Part shown: positions 56,501-63,888 of the stretch, piece by piece | How positions within the stretch are numbered: position 1 is the stretch's first letter | How the letters are laid out: every line of letters starts with the position of its first letter | Source of the DNA: Klebsormidium nitens | Taxonomy: Eukaryota > Plantae > Klebsormidiophyceae | Reading direction: 5' to 3' | Assembly (NCBI GenBank): GCA_000708835.1 | Contig: DF237017.1 | Coordinates: 140,987-204,874 of the forward strand | Length of the DNA stretch: 63,888 nucleotides | The notes under the pieces: generated by a model | Database searches by the model: none | Told to the model about the DNA's origin: nothing | What the model saw: the letters and a program-made list of their open reading frames with translations, nothing else | Program-made: the position numbers and the translations under genes

Positions 56501-59500
56501 CGCCGTTAAAAAGAGATTGCTGCGCTCATCATCGACAGGGAATCCAAGATTTTCTTCACACAAAAGGATCTTGTGGTGAAAACAATCCATGACAAGTGCG
56601 AGGCACCTCTGCATCTTATAAATCTACACGAGCGAGCGGATGAAGCACACAACAGACCGAGAAGCAACCAAGCGAGACGGCAATCAGATTGTCTACCACA
56701 ATGATTAGTCGTTCACACGTGTTTGGACGACCAAGCGCGGCATCCTCATAGCCCAGCAGGCACAATGCAACATACGTCAGTCAACAGATTTAAAACAATC
56801 AATCATGATTATTGCCGGACTTGACACAAGTGTCAGGGCTGCTGGTGTAGGTTTATAAGAGTTCTTGCCAAGAGCAGAGTCCAATCTGAAAACTCTGCCG
56901 CTTTTCTCTTGTCTCTGGGACCAAGGTGTACGCACGTCCTGCTTCTTGTCTTTTATCATAAAGATACGACACACAAGTGCTCTGGCGACTTTTGGCTGCC
57001 AGAGGCGACGAGAAAACCGCAAAACCAGGTGGGAAACCGCAGGCGAACGACGTATACAGGTGTCTACTACTGAAGCAAACGGATCGGCATGATTCGGCAC
57101 GAGAAAGTCAGAAGAACGTCCAAAGCTCCTGACATATCGATGCAAGATGAAATGCATCCGACAACCATTTCCCCCAAAAGTATCGATAACAGGCTAGGCT
57201 GCCTTGGAGACGATGCGAGTCTCCCAATCTATCCACTTTGATGCGACAGATAGAATTAAAATCCTTGCTAGCACAGGCAACGATTGAGAAATCCGAGTTG
57301 CTAACCAGACTAAGCACCGCCCACTTAAAACAAGGGCGCATAAAGATTCTGATCAGACCATCAGAAGCTCGCAAAAACATGAACGTGGCTGCGAGAAAAC
57401 ACTGGAAACTTTTTGACTCTCACACGGAGGCACTTTGTAGCGCAACAGAGAACAGGCTGTTGGTCATTTCAAACTTGCGAAAACCGACCTACCCTGATCA
57501 AACGCAGAAGCCGCTGAATTGCTCTCTTCGTTGAGAAAATAGGATCACTGGACAGTGCCTCAGCAAGAGCTATGCTAATCCACGTTTTCACAGAACGTGA
57601 TCCGTCACCAAGGAAAGGGAAAGCGGTGGAAATACAATTTTACATCTTTTCCGGTCAACTTGTCAAAGGAGCTTCCAAATGTGTTGAGAGCGCTTCGGCG
57701 TCAGACTACGAGGTGCCAGCAAGGGTGCGGTGGCAGGGTTAGATGCCAAACCAAGCTCAAGGTCGTCATAACCGAGCACGGTCGACAGGAGGGAACTGAA
57801 AATATTCAGCTCGACTTTCAGAGACATCGAGAAAACAAGCTTCCCGGGAGCAAGGCCAATCAACAATGAAGGAACGTTGAAATTTTGGCTTTCCACCCGC
57901 GCCCGTAGGTCAAGGCTTAACCTCGAATAAGAACCGAAGCACTAGTCCGCCAATAAGCATGGAAATAGAGCAGCTTGCGCCCTCCAGGCTTGAACGTGAC
58001 ACTCAAACTCGAAGTGGCAACCATTGAGTACGTAAAAGGCAGCATCAGCTGGATGCCCAGCCAAAATGACGTCTTCGTAGCCACTTTATTCCACACAGAA
58101 GTTTAGCAGGGTGAAGAAACTTCCGGTCTGCTAGACAATATGCAACATCCGTACCCAGCGAAGCTCGACAAAAGTGGTCCGCCTAACGGGGACCGTTGCA
58201 TCAGATTCATTTGCGACTGCTCGGCTTTCCACCAAGGAAACAGAGTCTCTGCTCAAGGGCTGAACATCGCTCGCCGGTTTATACAGGGTTACAGATTGCG
58301 TCCACTGACGGGAAGCCACGGATATGCGCTAGAAACGCCTTCTGGAGTTTGTGTCTTCAGCCTTACTCCCCCAACCGGTGATTGAATGCGAATTTGCGAC
58401 GAGACTCGCTTTCCTTGACAGTGACGTCTATGAATAGAAACTAAGACAATAAAAAATCCCAATGCAAAAGCGCGGGTTGAAGCGGCCATCAGACCTAACG
58501 AGCTTCATCTGGCCCGCAGGAGAAGTGCACGACCAGGCCGGGCGTCCTCATGACCTTCTTTTGATGACTTTTGAAAAGAGTACAATGCGCTAGATAAAGA
58601 ACAGAGTCAGCAGTATAGAAAGAGAAACCGAAAGCAAGAAGGAGACACGACAAAGTGCAAGCCACGACGAAAACAGAGAGACACGTAGGACGAGGTGATA
58701 TCTGTGCGGGCGCACCTCGACCGCCTCCTTCTAAAGTTCTATTGTTCTTTTTGAGCGTCTTGCCAAGCACCTTGCCACTCTGGTAGGGGGCAAGAAGGCG
58801 ACACGAAAACACGACGAAGAATAGCAAAAAAAGGCAGCCACAACGGGGCTGTTCCTGGGCATCCGCACCTCGAGCGCTTCTTGTTGTCCTTCTTGAGCAT
58901 TTTGCCCAGGACCTTCTCGAAAATCGGGTGGGAGGCGAAGAGGCGACACAAGAACAGAACGAGAAAAACCGACGAAGAAACCGAGCGGAATAGAGACAAG
59001 AGGCAGCCACAACTGGGGCTGTTTCCGGCATGCGCACCTCGAGCGCTTCTTTGACGACAGTGTTTCCTTCTTGAGGTTCTTGCTCAGCACTCTCTTAATG
59101 ATCAGGTAGAAGGCAAAAAGGCAACAGAAAAACATGACGAACCAAACGACGTACATAACGAGCGAAACAAGAAACAAACGGCAGCCACAACGGGGCTGTC
59201 TCACACCTCGAGCGCTTCTTTGACGACCTTGTTGTCCTGCTTGAGCGTCTTGCCCAGGACCTTGCCAACATTCAGGTAGGAGGCTCGAGGGCGACACAAG
59301 TACAGGACGAGAAGAATGAGGAAAGAAACGAGTGACAAAGAAACAAGAGGCAGCCACAATGAAACTGTTTCACACTCGAGCGCCTCCTTGACGACCTTGT
59401 TGTCCTTCTTGAGCGTCTCCCAAAACCTTGCTGTGAGGCGAAACGCTCAAAGCAACGTCCAAAACGGAGACATGAAGCAGCCACAAAAACTACAAGGGTA

Positions 59501-62500
59501 CAAGTTTGACGTGCGCACCTCGAGCGCCTCCTTGACGACCTTGTTGTCCTTCTTGAGCATCTTGCCCAGCACCTTGCTGTCAGGCGCCACCACCACGTGC
59601 TCCACCTCGCGCGGCTTGTCGTACCGCTTGAAAGCAATCAGCGGCTGCTTGCTCTCCTCCTGCGTATCCGCAGAGACCGGCGGTTAGGCTTGCGGTCAAA
59701 CCCAAAAAAAACTTCTTGAGTAACCAATATATTAATCAACTCAAAAATGAACCAATCAGCGGCTCTTTGCGACCCTCCTGTGAGAAAGGGCGGTCAGGCT
59801 TGTGGCGATGAGGGTTGCGCTTAATCAAGACGATTCTTCTTTTTGTGCATGACTCGGATTCAAAAGTCAATTGCTTTTCGCGCCTGAAACGTGAGAGGAT
59901 ATCGTCCAGGACAAACAAAATAAAAAGCCAAACAACCAATAAAAACGTGATGGTGCTCGGTGTCAGATCGTATGGGGCCCAGTCCGCTGATCCCATGCAC
60001 TCTACGTAGTAGTAAGGAGGCACTGAAGTAATTGCTCTTCACCGTGTGCACTGCTCCTCGATCAAATTACCCCCGCTCTATGAGGAATTGCATCCCAATC
60101 GCGGACAAAGAAAAAACTGACAAGAGCTGCTCAAGAAACCATTAAGTCGTATGCTCGTTTCAGGCAGTATGGGGTCCAGTCTGCCAGACCGCCGCACTCC
60201 TGACTCCAGACCCCAGTCAAGTAAAGAGCCGCTCATCAGTATGACCAAAACAAACCAAAGCCAAGTAAAGAGCCGCTGATATACACGACCAAAAACAAAC
60301 CCACCGAATGCTGTTTCAGGTCGTACGCTGCCCGGTCCGCGAGCCCGACGCACTCGATCCAGCCGTAGCTGCACTCAATCTCCGCGTCCCAGCAGTCCTG
60401 CGCGTAGTGCGCCATCTCGGACGCTAGATGCTGCCGGAACCGCAGCCGCGTCTTGTCAATGCCCAACTTCGTTAGGAACAGGTACGTGCGCGCGATGAAG
60501 TAGCCCAGCGTCTCGTTGTTCACGATGCCCTGCAACGGAAATAACCGGCAAGTGTGAGGGGCTCTTACCTTCCGGTACCAGATTATCGGACCCCCATCGG
60601 CCACTGACACGTTTTCTTCAGCCTTCGACTTACTTATTCGAGTCCTGGTGGCAAGCGAGGCACCAAAACAAGCTCTGGGTGACACCACTTGTTGCTCTTT
60701 TCTCGTATCTTAGGTGGATGACCATGAGCAAGCCCTAGCGGCGCGAGTTGCTACCCGGGTATCGCGTCAGGAAAAGAAAAAGAGGTTGTTCGTTTAATAA
60801 ATGGGGATGCCTCAAATGTGATGTTACCGCGTGATTGTTCATAACTACACTTACAATCGTCCCCCTAGGATATTCGAACGTTTCAGGAACTACAAAGCCT
60901 GCGTTGTGGATTGTGCTGTCAAGGACGGCTGCATCATCAAAACAGCCATCCCGATCAACCTGTCATCCGCCTCATTTTCAGCGAAACGGGGCATGAAGCT
61001 TCTCCTCACCTGCGCAACCGCGTCCCCGATCTTGGTCAGCACCGGTTTCTTCTCCGCGCCTAGTTGCTCCGCCCGAGGATACAGCAGGAACTCGAGGTCC
61101 TTGACGTGCTTGAACTTGGGGTGGCTCTTGTCTTCGGGGTCGACAAAGTGCTCGATTTCCGCTAACGTAAACTCGCGCACCCGCAGGAGGCCCTGTCGGG
61201 GAGCAATCTGCGCAGAAAGGCGTGCTGTAAGTTGAGTTGTCAACTTCGAACAACGCCTCAATGTTGTCACAGACAGGAAGGGTGGTGTGACAAGTGCGCT
61301 CTCCAAAAGCAGGGCGGACGATTGCCAAACAACGACTGAGCATGCGAATTGTATGCAACCGCCACAGAAGAAGCTCAGTACAACAACGGTCAGGTTGCGA
61401 CAAAATACGACCTCGATTCTTTGAGCTCTGAGCGAGGCCCTTGACGCTTCCAATAGACCGCTGAAAGGCGGAGAAAGCAGCTCAAGCCACCTGTCTCCTC
61501 ACCTCGTTTCGGAAAGCCTGACCAATCTGCGCAGCGGCGAACGGCAGCTTGTTGCCGTTGTAGTACAGCAGGTCCCGGAAGTTGACGAAGATGCCCTGGG
61601 CAGTCTCGGGCCGGAGGAAGCTGCACATAAGAAATGACAAATTTCACAAAAGGTTACTCGTGATCAGAGAGAGAAACGGTACAGAAACCAGAAGCAATTA
61701 CAAACGCCTAGAGCGAGGACGGGACACGTTCCTGAACAACATGTCTCACCTGCCTTCATGAGCGAACTACAGTGGTACGGAAAAACATGTGAGCTCTTGA
61801 CCAACCGTGGGTCGCATGAATCGATGCGAGACCAAGAAAAAAGTATATGCGTTACGATGATGCGGCATGGGTCCTTCATCTTGAAAACAGAGCCAGTTTC
61901 AACAACTGTTGGGCGATCCAACGGGGTAACCACAAGGCTTCATTGACAAGCCCAACCCAGGAATCAATCGACAATCAAGCAAAAGGTCAGAGGCTGCGCT
62001 CGTCAATTCCTGATTGACAGAGGCACAGTGAACGTCCACAAGACTCGACACTGCTCTTTGCTACTTTCTTGAGGCTAAAGCTGTTTCTCGGCAGGCATAT
62101 TTTTGGGATTCAAATCTCCAAACTTTTCCCCTTCCAGATATCCCTGGCACTCTCCTCCCACTTCTCACATGCCTAATTGAGCCACGCAACTTCGTTTATT
62201 TCGAAACAATGACTCACAGTCCAGAACTCACCCTTGCATAGTGCCCGTGGGTCCGATGGAGGTGGCAAACATGAGGTTGAAGGGGTAAGGCTTGGACAGT
62301 TCGTTCTTGGTTTCTGGGGCCACAATCTTGTACTTTGTTAGCAGGGCGCCGAGCTCGTCAGCGGAGAACTCGTCCACACGGGCCAGGACGTTCTTGTGCT
62401 CAAGAACGACGTCGGGGGCGAAGGTTGGGTTCTTCTCGAGCAAGTCTTCGACGGCGTCCTGGAGTAGGAGCGGAGGTCCTTTGATTTTAGATCCAGTCAG

Positions 62501-63812
62501 AAGGCCAGAAGATTCAGGAGTGAATCCAAAGAACTGAAAAAGTTCCAAGAAAATCAGGTTCTTGCACCCGGCTTCAGTGACTCTGGCAGCGAGGAAACAG
62601 GAGATCAGAGGTGAGCTCCAAACATCGAGTGTTATTTTTAACTGTAGAAATTGAGGTGTCCGCGTTTCTCTTTAACCTTCAGGGTGGTGACAAAGAAGCC
62701 TTACAAGACCACAGCCTAAATGAAAGCTCTGTTAGCAACTCATCAGGAGCAGCTCCAGAACAGCGCTGACGGCAACAAAAAGTTGCCATCGCTGGACCCA
62801 GACAAATCAAGCATCACATGGCAATATCAACCGTAGAACCTGAGAGAAATGACCACCCCCAGGATTGGGTGCACACAATCTGCACAAATTGGGTGCATGT
62901 TCTGGAACAGCCGGCATTTGCTGCACCCACGTATTCCGCAGGCGAAAACAAGTGTTTGATGAACATTGAAGGTTGATAAACTGCTCAGGCTCTAAGGAGT
63001 TTGAGCAGTCTCTGTGCAACAATTGCAACAATGAAGTTGAGCACCTTCGTTGTGCGGCCGTTGGTGGAGGTACGTCCACTTAGACATGGACATCTTGCGC
63101 ACCATCAAGAGCAATTGTCTATCCCCTCAATCACCCTCTCGAACTACACCATTATCATCGAAGACTTTAGCGATGATTTGATGTCCAATCAAACTTGGGT
63201 TTGTAGCAAAGAGACTTCTAGACTTGAAGAAGTGCGCAATAATCTGCATCACGAGAATTCCCGCACCTTCAGCAGGTGGTCCGCCCGGTAGCACGCCGAG
63301 GTCTTGACGTCCTTGACCATCAGGTCCGTAAACTTCTCCACATGCCCGCTCGCCTTGAGCACCACCTCCGGTGTGACGCACGGACACTCAACCTCCAACA
63401 TATTCTCCTCCATAACATAGTGCTGCCGCCAGAACTGCAGAATGTTTGCCTTAACCGCACACCCCGGAGGACCATAATCATACAAGCCAGCGATGCCACC
63501 ATAAATTTTGAAAGCGGGGATGTAGAATAGTCGCCGCTCGAGTGCATTCGAAACGTCCTCCCTGAACTTCTTCCGGCCCTCGGACGAGTCCTTGCTGACC
63601 CCCGCTTTCGCTTTGTAGGCATCCTCTGCTGCTTTGAGCTCCAACTTCAGCGCCGTCAGCTTTGCCACCACTTTGTCGACCTCCGCTTTGTCCACCTTCT
63701 TCTCCTTGAGGGCGCCTTTCATGGCGCGCACCTCGTCGCCCGTGCGATTTACATCGGCCTGCTTGGCGGTGAGGTCCGCGTGCAGAGCGGCCAACTCGGC
63801 TTCAGACGCCAT
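53532..63812 (-). CDS. GARS: Glycyl-tRNA synthetase, eukaryotic alpha2 type with N-terminal WHEP domain; ~10 exons
   Basis: [75 protein letters not shown] and [21 protein letters not shown]. Confidence 0.97.
55260..55680 (-). repeat. Three degenerate tandem copies of the acceptor and exon start at 55148 (periods 152, 161, 171 bp)
   Basis: Each copy has a branch-point-like ctgac/gctgat, a pyrimidine tract, and (c)cag|ac(g/a)t.tacg..cacc.....atg..gaag. Copies begin at 55300, 55461 (AG lost) and 55632. Confidence 0.9.
56310..56330 (-). repeat. Short echo of the acceptor at 56235 (period 89 bp)
   Basis: ttgcag|gctttgtcaga vs the real ttgcag|gcgatgtcaga. Confidence 0.6.
58520..59518 (-). repeat. 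Tandem array of at least 5 degenerate copies of an exon 3' end, donor and intron start (periods 144, 168, 169, 169, 153 bp)
   Basis: Exon tail ...gctcaagaaggacaacaaggtcgtcaaggaggcgctcgag|gtgcg recurs, ending at 59375, 59207, 59038, 58869 and 58716. The intron motif gcagccacaa recurs in each unit. Confidence 0.93.
60148..60200 (-). repeat. Degenerate copy of the 3' end of the GlyRS exon ending at 60305 (period 157 bp)
   Basis: gagtgcggcggtctggcagactggaccccatactgcctgaaacgagcatacg vs gagtgcgtcgggctcgcggaccgggcagcgtacgacctgaaacagcattcg; the donor GT is not retained. Confidence 0.75.
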
Positions 63813-63888
63813 TGCGTGCAACTTGTCAGCGACTTCTCAACTGCGATTGCGTGAAGCCCTGTCAACAGAAGGAAAGTACTCTAAGGGG

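Noticed and set aside
58520-59590. CRISPR-like repeat/spacer interpretation of the periodic array
   Set aside because: The units are homologous along their whole length (no unique spacers), derive from a GlyRS exon/intron junction, lie in a eukaryotic intron, and have no cas genes nearby.
63040-63290. Possible donor echo 222 bp downstream of GlyRS exon 1
   Set aside because: Only scattered short matches (tgatggt, gaaggtgc); not distinguishable from chance by eye.
41714-63812. Terpenoid biosynthetic gene cluster around MTPSL
   Set aside because: The neighbours are housekeeping genes (PAP phosphatase, GlyRS); no P450, prenyltransferase or other tailoring enzyme was recognised.

Overview
Eukaryotic, intron-rich, GC-rich nuclear DNA. 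Gene content and splice style suggest a streptophyte green alga, probably Klebsormidium-like; this is inference, not a database match. Left to right: 3' part of an unknown gene; two tandem aquaporin (MIP, TIP-like) paralogues on the minus strand flanking a MYND-finger gene; an M48/HtpX-type metalloprotease; a PAP/fibrillin; an orphan spliced ORF; a MEE44-like nucleotidyltransferase; an inositol-monophosphatase-family PAP phosphatase; a microbial-type terpene synthase-like (MTPSL) gene with an apparent 1-nt frameshift; and glycyl-tRNA synthetase. Non-coding features include several MITE-like elements with different terminal inverted repeats but a shared G-quadruplex/telomere-like core, an intronic (CCCCTAAA)n array, and a 17-copy GTAC cluster. 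The most striking pattern is 'splice-junction echoes': at least 8 splice sites in 5 genes carry degenerate tandem copies of the exon/intron junction on the intron side (at least 14 copies, periods about 90 or 144-182 bp). Exon coordinates were read by eye from GT/AG sites and frame continuity and need RNA-seq confirmation. No tRNA, rRNA or CRISPR was recognised.
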